Shown in pieces: positions 12,719 to 23,404 of a stretch of DNA of 64,000 nucleotides. The notes beneath the pieces were generated by a model, which was not told the DNA's origin, searched no databases, and saw only the letters and a list, made by a program, of their open reading frames with translations. Positions within the stretch are counted from its first letter, which is position 1. Every line of letters starts with the position of its first letter. The DNA is from Paragordius varius (taxonomy: Eukaryota > Animalia > Nematomorpha). Location: the NCBI GenBank assembly GCA_964247055.1, contig OZ176051.1, forward strand, positions 8,432,001 through 8,496,000. The letters run 5' to 3'. The translations under genes and the position numbers were made by a program.

Positions 12719-13866
12719 TTAAATTAAGTTATCGGCAATCGGATTTGCATGAATAGTTATATTTTTGATATGGATATCTTCTATTGGTTTATGTTTTGGC
12801 GTTACTGGTACTTTTTCAAATTGATCTAACACATCGAAACCATCAATGACTCTAACAAATTAATTATGGTGAGAATGTTGTTTAAAACGTACATGTATTT
12901 AAATAAAGCCATTTATAGTGCTTTGTGATTTCAACTCAGACAAGATAAATATCGAATAACAAATAACAACTATAGAGACCATTCCGATAGATGTTAGAAA
13001 AGCTTAAATAAACCCATTTTAATTCAATTGTTTCATTTTAAAGTGTAAAATCGGGTTTAATAATCAATCATGGTTTTACAGGAAAGGTTGAAATGCATAT
13101 GCCAAAAAAATATTTTTTTAAATTGTGATATTCTAAAACTATTTTTGGTACATAGAACTTTTACCTTAAAAAAACTATAGAAACGGTCAATTTTTTACCA
13201 CAATGGAAAAAATGAAAATAAAAATCTAGTTGTTGACTTTACAAAAAATAAAGTTTTAATTTTTAAGACCCATATCCTTAAGGAATTGAGATTATTCAGA
13301 CAAAAGGAAAAGGGCTAAAAATATTTTTTTGAAAAGGCTAATCGATTGATTAATTCTATTATATATCTTATACATACAATTTTAAAATGTATAATTGTAT
13401 CTCGCTTATTTTACGATCCAAAACAATAAGAACTTTTACTTTTTATGGTTACCTTTTAACTTATGATATATTTATACCTGCCAAATATGGTGTATTTCAT
13501 ATCTAAATGCGTTTGCTTAGAGTATGTGATAAAAAATTGTGAGCCATTTGTATCAGGTCCCTTGTTAGCCATCGATACGATACCTCGGCTACTGTGTCTA
13601 AGGCCAAGATTGAATTCATCTGGAAAATTTTTGGTCCAAATGCTTTGGCCCCCCTTCCCTGTGCCTATAAAATATAAAATTTGTGTTTAGAATTTAATAA
13701 GTCTTTTGTCTGAAAAATATGATAACATAATGGATAAAAAAATTATAAATTAATTAGTTGGTTATATTATTTTAATTTTCAGATAGACTACTTATAACTT
13801 TTTTGTCATATATCGGTATTATAAAAAATGCAGTAAAACTGATTTTTTTTCTAAATCACCAAGACG

Positions 13867-13911
<45 letters not shown>

Positions 13912-14504
13912 TGATAAAAATATATGTTGAAGCTAAGTGCTTTTTAAGGCTCGTTAATTGAGAAGTTATATGATTATTTATTATTACTTAAAATGGAATT
14001 TTTAAGTAAAAATACATGAATAATCAAGTAAATAATTATTAATTTGAAATATATTTAGAATATGTTGATGATCCCAGATAAATTTTAAATTTGAATATCT
14101 TCAATCCTGATAAGGATTTACGAAAAAAACTTTTAAACTGGTTAAATATTTTTTTTCATAATATTTTTTCAATCTAGTTTTTTAAATGATGACAACTGGC
14201 AAAACACACCCCAAATATATTCTAATATAAAAATTAAATAGAAAATGATATATCATTATATTATTCTTATCTAATAATATTATTTTAATATAAAAATATC
14301 CATGAACCTGTTGGATCTCCAGTTTGAACCATGAAGCCTTTGATGTTACGATGAAATATACAATTATCATAATAGTTGCTGGCGCATAAAGCCAAAAAAT
14401 TCTATGATATTACAGATATAAAAAACTTCGCATGTTTTAGGGCATGCTTCACAGTTCAGTTCAATTTTTATGTCCCCAAGATCGGTGTGTAGCGTTACTG
14501 CCAT
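12719..14504 (-). CDS. PPIL3: Peptidyl-prolyl cis-trans isomerase-like 3 (spliceosome-associated cyclophilin), 163 aa
   Basis: Exons 14504-14427, 14401-14308, 13664-13478, 12851-12719 (492 nt, all phases consistent). Translation [26 protein letters not shown]|[31 protein letters not shown]|[46 protein letters not shown]|[35 protein letters not shown] is colinear with PPIL3. Confidence 0.97.
13870..13909. repeat. (TA)n microsatellite in PPIL3 intron 2
   Basis: Direct reading. Confidence 0.95.
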
Positions 14505-14605
14505 GTGAAAATTTAAATTTTTGCCATCATATGATGTGGATTCATGGATAAAAAAGTGAAAAAAGGAAAACCACTCCTAAAAAATTTTTTGGTTCCTTAG
14601 TAAAT
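14505..14605. promoter_or_regulatory. Putative bidirectional promoter / 5' UTR region between PPIL3 and the L7Ae-family gene
   Basis: Inferred from divergent start codons about 100 bp apart (14504 on -, 14606 on +); no specific motif identified. Confidence 0.5.
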
Positions 14606-15150
14606 ATGGTGTAATTATTTATTTTAGTATAAGACTTAAACAAGAAAAAGATGTAGATGCCCTTTTATTAAGGTAAATTATATTTAATTTTAAGTTATTT
14701 TACCAAAAAATTGTCACAAACCCCAAAGGATAAGAAGTTTGATAGGACAATAAGTTTAGGGATTTATATATAGGCATAAAGGAAGTTTTTAAACACTTGT
14801 ATAAGGATCCAACCATCAAGCTAGTTTTTATTGATGAGCAAAACTCCCAATCGTCACCTCTCTTTTCTTATATATCGCATGCCTCTCAAACTTTACCTTT
14901 TGTTATTTACCCAATTAAAAACATAATGAGCAAGTTTGCTTTTTCTAAATGTTTGGGATTTGCCATTAAAAATTCCGAAGATACGGATACTCTGAAACTA
15001 TTAGAGGCAATGTTTACTAAACTTCCATGTGTGACAAAAACTGATATCACTCAATCTATTGGTAGACAATCGTATCCGACAATTAAGGCTAATAATTCTG
15101 TGTGCGAAGTTATATTAGGCCTTCAATCTCCTGGTTGTATACCCCTTTGA
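14606..15150 (+). CDS. L7Ae-family RNA-binding protein, RPP38 (RNase P/MRP p38)-like, about 161 aa
   Basis: Model exons 14606-14610, 14628-14672, 14695-14753, 14774-15150 (5' exons uncertain). RTISIKEVFKHLYKDPTIKLVFID...SYISHAS..LPFVIYP...FAFSKCLGFAIK...MFTKLP aligns by eye with the RPP38 L7Ae core (IGVNEVTRAL..LLLVLVC..SHLIQLS..VPACQVP..GLKCVLALAFK..IIPRVP). Confidence 0.65.
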
Positions 15151-15449
15151 TAAATTAGAATCTCCTCTTAAATTATATCAAAATAAACGTATTGATACTT
15201 TGTAAATTATGCTATTTATTATTATAATCTTTCTGGTTTTATTATGTAGTATGTTGGCTTTTATGCAGATTTTAGAATGCCACATTTTAATACAAAGAAT
15301 TTTATTGTTGAAAATGGTCGGGCCACTTTGAACCAGTTAGGCCTAAAAAAATATAATTATTTGGCTATTTAAAAATATAAGACTCTGAATGGAAAAATAC
15401 ATAAAGTAATATTTTTATCTTCATTTATGTCCAAACTGATAGCATAGGG

Positions 15450-17808
15450 CAGTGATACTCAAACCGCGGGCCGCATGCGGCCCTAAGAGTGCTTTAGAAT
15501 TGCCCTTTGACCATATTGATATTTACATTATTTTTTTAACACATAAACGAATTTTCGATTATTTTAATATTATTATATTTTCTTTAGATTTAATTTTGGT
15601 AATTTATTTTTTACCCAATTCAAAATGTAGAAAAATTCCCTCATTAAAATAATTTCAAAATTTTGAAACACGTTGTTTCTGTTTTTGTATTCTATGTACT
15701 TTTCTATTTTGAAATTTTTATTGCATTCCTTTTTTGTATTTAAGCAAGCCTTTCACCCAAACTTGCATATACATAATCTTTTCATAGTTATCCTGCCTCA
15801 TTTTTTATTACTCATTCCCATAAAATATTTTTAAAATAAACATCATTAAATTTCAACTTGTTTTTTTTATAGCGTAATTCAAATTATATTTCTATTTTTT
15901 GAAAAATTTACATAATATTTAAAAATAAATTCAAAGGATGACATCTAATGCTAAAAAACGTTAATTATCCTATGAAAATCGCCTTTAAAAAATAATGGGA
16001 AGAATTTTTTGTCGTTTAAAATAAAAATGTTATTACCTACCTTATATGTAAGGACAACATTATTATAAAAAAATACAATATTGAAAGAATTTTACAATCC
16101 ATTTTTCTCATAAATTACCAGAAAAACGAAAAATATAAAAATATTGAGGTGTTATACCAGAAAGGAAAATCTATTATGTCCATAGCTTTCTCCCAGAAAA
16201 AAGTTGTATAATTAGATTCGTATGATATTTGTTATATTTTAGGAAAAAATATGAAACCGTTTACCCAACTAAAAGAATGTCTAATAAATGGTTGCACTTT
16301 TTTATTTGATAAATTCCTTATGAAGATCAAATCATGAGGCAAATTAAAAAACTTCAACTTTCTGCAACATGTGCTCGACGCATTGAAGATATGCCTAAAT
16401 ATATTTTTTAACAATACATTATTGGCTCTGAAAAACTGCAAATATTTTAGTAATGCTATTGATTCTAGCACTGATATTAGTACAACACTTCAATGTGAGC
16501 TCTTAGTAAGATTTTGCAACGACAACATAATCAACGATAAATATTTAAATTTTTTACCAATGAATAAAACCACGAAAGGAAGTGGAAATAATTATTACTT
16601 TTTTCGATTGTAATGGTATATCTATGCAAAATTGGTTTCGATCTGCACAGATGGCTGACCCTCTATGATTGCAATAACCAAAGGATTTATTCCTCTTTTA
16701 AAAAACAAATATAATTTACAAAATATTTTATCCTTTCACTGCTTTATTCATTAAACTTGGTTTCGCGTTCACTCAATTCAGTAATTAAAACGGTTATGGA
16801 TATAGTTAACCACATCCGTGGCAGAGAATTTAACCGCCGTAAATTCAATAACCTTCTGAAAGATATCCACAGTCAGTTTTATTATATTCTTTTGTGCACC
16901 GCTTTGAGATGGCTAAGCCTTAGCAGAGTATTAAATAGATTTTTTGTTTTAAGACATAAAATTCTATTTTATAAAAGATAACAGAAAGTTTGACCAGGAA
17001 ATTAATAGTGACATATGGTGGGTTTTATTAGCCTACCTTTGCGACATCACATATAAACTTTTTTAATACGTCGTCAAGGAAGCAAAATAATAGCCCAATT
17101 TGCAAATAAAATATCTTTTAAATATTAATATTAGAATTTACCGCGGAGATTAATTTAGTAATAGATCATCTAACATTTTTATCTGATGATATAATTCAGA
17201 TTTCAAATAAGATATATTAAAAATTGCTTAAAACTCGTTGAAAATCCATGGCATATGGATATATTCAATATTAAACAACTTGAGCATTTCGGTTTTCATC
17301 AGGCGCATATCATTGAAGAATTCGTAGATTTTAAATAATTCCAATTTGGAGGCTATATTCAAGGAGAATCTTAAAGAAGAAAGATATGTGGAGTTTTGGC
17401 AAGATGTGCCAAATAAATATAAAAATATAATGTGCTCAAGTTATCCTAAATCCTTTTCCCACAACTTAAACGTGCGAGACGTCTTATTCATAAATAATAT
17501 ATGTCATGAATACATACAGAAACTGCTTAACCGATGATCATATGGACGACATATTAAGATTGGCCTATTATGAGGTGGAACCAAATTTGTCAAAAAATAT
17601 TGGTTAATATCGAAATAAAATTGTTATCATATTTTAATTTTTTAAACTAAATGGTAAACCAGTTTTTAGGATTTACATGCGATCCGCAAAAATTCATTGT
17701 GCTGATTCTTATGTGTTAAATAGCTATGGAAGCCTTTATAAGGTTCATGGCCCTCGAAAAAAAATATGTTTTATTTGGCCCGTCAAATTTTTTTGGTGAG
17801 TACCACTG
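15450..17808 (+). mobile_element. hAT Charlie/SPIN-like DNA transposon with decayed transposase
   Basis: TIRs CAGTGATACTCA / TGAGTACCACTG; perfect 8-bp TSD GCATAGGG (15442-15449, 17809-17816). Fragments FSNAIDSSTDISTTLQCELLVRF, KLVSICTDG, SFHCFIH, VMDIVNHIRGR..NRRKF..RWLSLSRVLNRF, with stops and frameshifts. Confidence 0.92.
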
Positions 17809-17811
17809 GCA

Positions 17812-18097
17812 TAGGGTGTTCAACACGCGGCTCTCAAAATTTCTGTGGCCCGCGAGAAATTTCAAATACAAGGTTTTGCGAAATCTATCAACAAAGATAT
17901 TTTCTTCAAAAAATTCTCTGGTAAATTTTCACGAATTTTGGCAAAGAACTACCAAAAATTTTAAAATAATTAGTTTTTACAGTTTTAGGTTTAAAATCTA
18001 ATAAAATATTTGTAATTGCCATAAAATTTTCCAAATACACGCCAGATTTTTTGATCCAAAAATGCGGCCCTCGATACCATTTATGTTGGGCACCCTG
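17812..18097. mobile_element. hAT-type MITE, family C
   Basis: Ends TAGGGTGTTCAACACG / TGTTGGGCACCCTG; shared internal AAATGCGGCC motif with 51827 and 58227. Confidence 0.75.
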
Positions 18098-18706
18098 ATC
18101 TAATCGTGACACTTCGATTCAATTTGGCTAGTGACCCCACACCTTATTTAAATTGATATTATTAACAAACTACTGAAGACGGTTCTATATATTTATCCTT
18201 CTATTCTAATAAAGTAAGTAAAATTAGCCTTCTTTTAATTAAATAGGTTCCATTTCAAACTACTTCGACGCCATTTTTATTTTGTAATATATCGTGTATT
18301 TCTAACGCTAAAATTAAAGTTATTAAAATTAATCAGATCTAACATTGATATAAACAGAAAAGTGGATTATTTTGAATTAGCTAATGCACATATGTTAGAT
18401 TGTTTCTATTTCTACCTTGGGCTTTTCCATAAGTAATAAGTTTTTTTGACTGAACCCTTTTTTTATATTTCGGTTCATATATGTTATATAAGTGCAAACT
18501 TTTGCCATGTTTAAGTTTATTCCATATCATTTAATATATTTGATTTATTAATATGAGTCTAAGGACTGAAGTCCAAACTGATCATACCCCGCTGGTATAT
18601 ATAATTTATAAATTAAATATTTTATGATGAATGGTTTTTACAGAAGAGAGAATAAAACAATGATACCGGTATTTTGGTCATCGGCATAAAATTATATACC
18701 CTAGGT

Positions 18707-19016
18707 CAGTGGTTCTCAGGGCCACGTCCCCAAGGGGGCCAGGGGTAGAAAAATATAAGAGGGCGCAAAAAAATTGGACAATTTAATTAAAAAATATAAC
18801 TAGAAACAAATCGAAGGATTTCAGGTGCGAATTATCAAGATTGGTCACCAATATGGAATAAATAATTTAAAAAATGCAGGTATCAGGATCTCATTGATTG
18901 GGATTTTTATAATCTAATATATTTTACATTTTCATCTTGGAATTTTTGAGAGGAGGCGCAGGGATTTTTATTTTCAATTTGGTGGGGCGTTAACAAAAAA
19001 AAGATTGTAACCATTG
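18707..19016. mobile_element. hAT-type MITE, family D
   Basis: TIRs CAGTGGTTCT / AACCATTG; TSD CCCTAGGT / CTCTAGGT (7/8); body shared with 32465-32760. Confidence 0.85.
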
Positions 19017-19225
19017 CTCTAGGTTATAGGGATATCGGAAAAAGCAATCTCTGCTTTTGCAAAAAGTAAAAAAATTTTTTTTATATCTAAGTTAAGAAAT
19101 TGAAAAAAATACCATAAACCTGATCTTTTTTGGAAGGTTTTTTTATTTTTTTGTATGTCATGGATTCGTAACCCAGGTGTTTGAATTTTTTTACAACGTG
19201 TCAATTTTTGTTATCATACACCATA

Positions 19226-19415
19226 CACATTTATGCTGGCCCATTCACCTTATTGTTGGCCAATTTGTAATACAGTAGCGTGTGTTTTAAAACAAATTTG
19301 TATATAAAAAAATAAACAAATTAATGTAATAAGATAGGAAAAAAATATTTAATTTTAATATTTTGTTGTTTTTATTCACATACTAAATAATGTGAGCTCA
19401 GATTAAATGTGCATA
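19226..19415. mobile_element. MITE family B copy
   Basis: CATTTATGCTGGCCCATTCAC...ACAGTAGCGTG...AAGATAGGAAAAA shared with 10085 and 37543. Confidence 0.65.
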
Positions 19416-20084
19416 CTGTAAAACTCGTGTGGGACTTTTTGAATTTAAATATTTGCCTAACGAGTATTATTTGGAAAAGTAGTTTTTATATATCATGTTT
19501 CCTTTGACGCTTTTCTTTTACAACTACGCCCGAATGTTTGTTTTTTTGATTCTGTTGTGAAAGGGCATATCGCAATTTTCAGAGTACGACATAGTATCTA
19601 ATATTTACTGTTGAATATAGTTTAAGGTTAGATAATAATAAGCAGAGGTTAGTAAATTTGAAATTTTATGACAGGATGTTTATACATATTATTCTTCTTC
19701 TTTTGTAATTCACATATGTAAAAAAGTAGTTTTAAGCCTTTTGAAAAATATATTATAACTAAAATTATCTCAATACCAGACCAAATAAGTTGATAAAAAT
19801 AAAATCTTTAAAGATTGGAAAGTTGGATTAACTTTATGGCATAATTTAAGTTATATTTAAATATTAAAACAAAATATTTTATAGAAAGAATTGACTTAAG
19901 TCGTGCTCTTAAATATTTACACCATTTTAAGCTAACAAAACCTAACAGGCGACATAAAAAATATACCAATCCGAAAAGAATTCATATTTTGAAACGCACT
20001 ATCGAATTATTATTGGCTCAACCTAACCTCTATCAACAAACTTAATATAACTTTTATTTTATTCAAACTTTAAACAAATTATAT

Positions 20085-21460
20085 CGATTCTACATATTTA
20101 TAAAAATGGAAAGTGGTGGCTTTGTAATCTGTTTCCGGAAAACGGAAGATTCAGTCTAATCCAAATGTCGAAAAAATATAATCATTATTGCACTCCGACA
20201 ATAGCTTCGCCCTTTTTTGAATTAGGCCCCCAGTTCGGGCCCACCCCGTGTAAAAACGGGTTTTTTTTTAAAACACAAGTCAACAAAAATCGTTTCTTTG
20301 ATACAATTTTCCGGAGAACGTGTTGGACCATTCAATTTCAAATATGATTTTTGTGTACTTATTTTCAATTGCGCCGAACATTGTCGGCTCGCGTTTTTAA
20401 TTTAGGCCCTCTTTTTACCCGCTCTCCGCGTAAAATTCCACTTTTTGCAAAAATTCAAAGTCCACCAAAATAATTTTTTGAATCTATTTTTCGCCCAAAG
20501 TATGAGACCGTAAAATTTTAATAAGGATTCCAGGTATCCCTGTTAAAAGGCAAAACTTTTAGTCGTGCTTTTCTTTTATATTGACTGCCGGGTAAGGAGC
20601 TACCCGCTAAAATCTGAGTCATATAATAGTGTGCCTTTGGGGCTAAATTTCAAAAAACCTCTCAGGCCATATGAGTTCAATAACTGCTTAAAATATTACC
20701 CGTAACAAGGTAAAAATTTAGATCGTGCGGTTTTTAAAAATTAGCCGTTAATTAGGCCCTTTACGCCCCGAAAAATGCGCCACCATGGAATATTTTTTTA
20801 ATTTTAAGGCAATTTTTCCGAAAACTAATGAGAGCATGTGAAATCAATCATGATTCCAGTTATTCTCCGTAAAAAGGCAAAAATATTATCAAACGTCTTT
20901 TTTACATTGGCCTTAGGGAGCTACCGCCTAAAGCTGCGCCACAATATCAAAATTGAGTTGCTTAGTATTAATATTCAAAAATCAGGCCATATAAGTTTTA
21001 TTATGAAATATAACCCATAAAAAGGCAAAAATTTAAGTCGAGCGGATTTTTAAATTAGCGGTTTAATAGGCTCTGGGCAGGGCGCTGCCCGCAAATGCCT
21101 CACTATATCGATACAGCATACCTTAGCCAAATTTTAGAAAACCTATGCGACTATGTGAGTTCTATAAGGGCGTATATATTTATTACCCCTTACTATTTTA
21201 TTATAAGGGGTTATTTCAATGAGTCACTAAGTAAAGTTTTACACCCTGAAAAATTCGCCGCCATAGAATAATTTTTTGGTTTTGAAGCAATTTCCAAGAA
21301 CTTATAGGAACATATGGACTTATAATTCCAGATATTCCCCATATACAAAAATGCCCGACGCTTTTTATACCTGTCTTTGGGTAAGAAGCTACCCCCCAAA
21401 AACTGTGCCACTATATAGAAAGTGCGTTGTTTCGGAACTAATTTAATTTGATATAAAAGC
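20085..21460 (-). repeat. Modular repeat, right arm (inverted copy of 5420-7010)
   Basis: Colinear reverse-complement match including the cap (ATATTTATAAAAATGGAAAGTGGTGGCTTTG..TGTTTCCGGAAAA at about 20094-20142 vs about 6952-7000) and the 310-bp units; carries about 160 bp extra near 21060-21230. Confidence 0.9.
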
Positions 21461-22830
21461 AAAAAGACACGTACGAAAATGGCGAGCTTTTCGGAAGAAC
21501 AAATGCCGAAAACCTAGATATATTATTTATGATAAAATGCCAAATCTGATGGTTTTTAAAGTGGAAACCACTGGAAGAAATGTCTAGCCCTGTCATTATT
21601 ATCCTAAAAAACAGTCCAAAGTAAACCGTAGCGTCCGAAATCGAACACAGCTAATTTAACAGAAATCGTAAATCAAACAATTTTGAATGTCACTAACATC
21701 ACATGAAGGGTTTCTCTCTTTTAATACCCTAATAGTTTGGTCTAATACACGTAAGGCAATTCATTACCTAGAGCCAATAACCCATTAAGACATGAGTTTT
21801 TATTTCAATTTTCAGTATTGTTGGACTTTATAATTTAATTATTTTTTAAGTAATAAATTAAATATTAAATTAATATATTTTAAGATAAATATTTGCGAAA
21901 TCTAAGCAAATTCGATAAATTAAATTCTTTATTGAAATATTGGCACAATATAACAAGCCATCAAACATAGCTTTTGTTTATTAAGCTGTGCCCTATCGCG
22001 TGTCGCTGTGCTTAGTCCAAATCAGGTGACAAATGGCTTCGCGGGCGGCATTTTCGACTCAAAAAGTTTGGCGGAACGCATGCTTAAGGATTTAATAAAA
22101 CAATTATTTGTATTTCAAACACGTGAAATAAGTTACCACGAACGGATTATTATCTGCAATCTTTGCGAATTCGTTTCAAATTTGAAAGGACTTATTCAAA
22201 TTTAATTTGTTATAGAAATATCAATTTTACAAAAATTTTTTAGATAGCCATTTTTACAGATTATAGAATGGCCCACTTTTGGTATTTTCATTTTGAAAAT
22301 ATTTCGGATGGCTAAAACTATTCTAACTTAGTTTGCCAAAAACGACGGGGCTAACGAGGGAATTTAAAATAATGGCTTAACCATGATTTGCACATCAATA
22401 AATGAATTTATCAATTATTCCGATTGAATGGGTGCTTCTAAGCCACATTCTACCCTTATAATAGTCTATAAGAGTCAGTAGAAATCAGGTGCCTCCTCAA
22501 TTTTTTTATTTATTCCAAAAATGCCTTTTCAAAATTTTAGAGGTTTTAGCGCAACCAAAATATACAACTACATAATGCGACTGGCTCTACGTTTTCTTTT
22601 ACCCGAAGGCTAAATTCATAGTAATATAAGGATCAGTGCATTTAAAAAATATTGTAGGTTTTGCGATTTCTGATATATTGCTGTCATAATTTTTAATCTA
22701 CCATGGTCATTAAAAAATATTTAATTTTTTAGTATGGAAATTATCAGACAGGTACTTCTACATCAAATTCACCCTTAAACAATTCAAATTCACCCTCAAA
22801 TAATTTTTTTAAGATTAAATACCTAAATTT

Positions 22831-23295
22831 GGAACTCGTCGGTCATAAGATTTCTAACCAAACTTGCCATCCTGAAGGCGATGATATACCTCGTGACAAT
22901 TTATGGGTCCGAATCATGGATATGCAAATCCATTGACAAAGCCCGCATAAACTCTTTAAATGTGGTGCTTTCGGAAAATATTGAGAATCTCCTGGAAAGC
23001 TCCCATCTCCAATTCTTATATTCTCAACCTCATCAAACCCGAACGATTTAATAATCTTCAAACAGCTAAAATATCTGGGTCATATCCTGCGATCCGACTA
23101 GCTAGTAAAAAGTATACTCTTTGGGTTGGTAGATGGCACCCGCAGAAGGGGCCGACCCAAAAAGCGGTGGATCGTCATGCTTAAATCAATAAAAAACCAA
23201 ACTGAGAGAATCACATGATCGTCAAAAATGGAGAACATTAATTAATGAGAAAGCCAAGAGTCACTACATGACTGACTAGCTTATAACACACACAC
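22831..23295 (+). mobile_element. RTE-clade LINE 3' fragment, BovB-like
   Basis: TKLAILKAMIYLVTIYGSESW..., WCFRKILRISWKAPISNSYIL, RRGRPKKRWI, DRQKWRTLINEKAKSHYMTD*, followed by an (AC)n tail. Confidence 0.8.
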
Positions 23296-23404
23296 ACTTA
23301 TTTTTATGTCTTTTTAAAAAATAAAATTTTGTTAAAATAAAAAAATACTGAAAAAGATAATAAACTATGTCATAAAGATATATTTCATATTAATGAGTTA
23401 CATT

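Noticed and set aside
13295-13715. 12-bp inverted repeat (TTCAGACAAAAG / CTTTTGTCTGAA) flanking PPIL3 exon 3
   Set aside because: Too short to be significant in AT-rich DNA.
14797-15150. DUF4806-like transposon protein reading of this ORF, and an RT-like RGIQPGD word on the minus strand
   Set aside because: The L7Ae/RPP38 alignment explains more positions and has spliceable upstream exons; the minus frame has stops and no YxDD motif.
21985-22090. GC-richer stretch considered as an snRNA or other ncRNA
   Set aside because: No match to recalled U1/U2/U4/U5/U6, tRNA or rRNA motifs.
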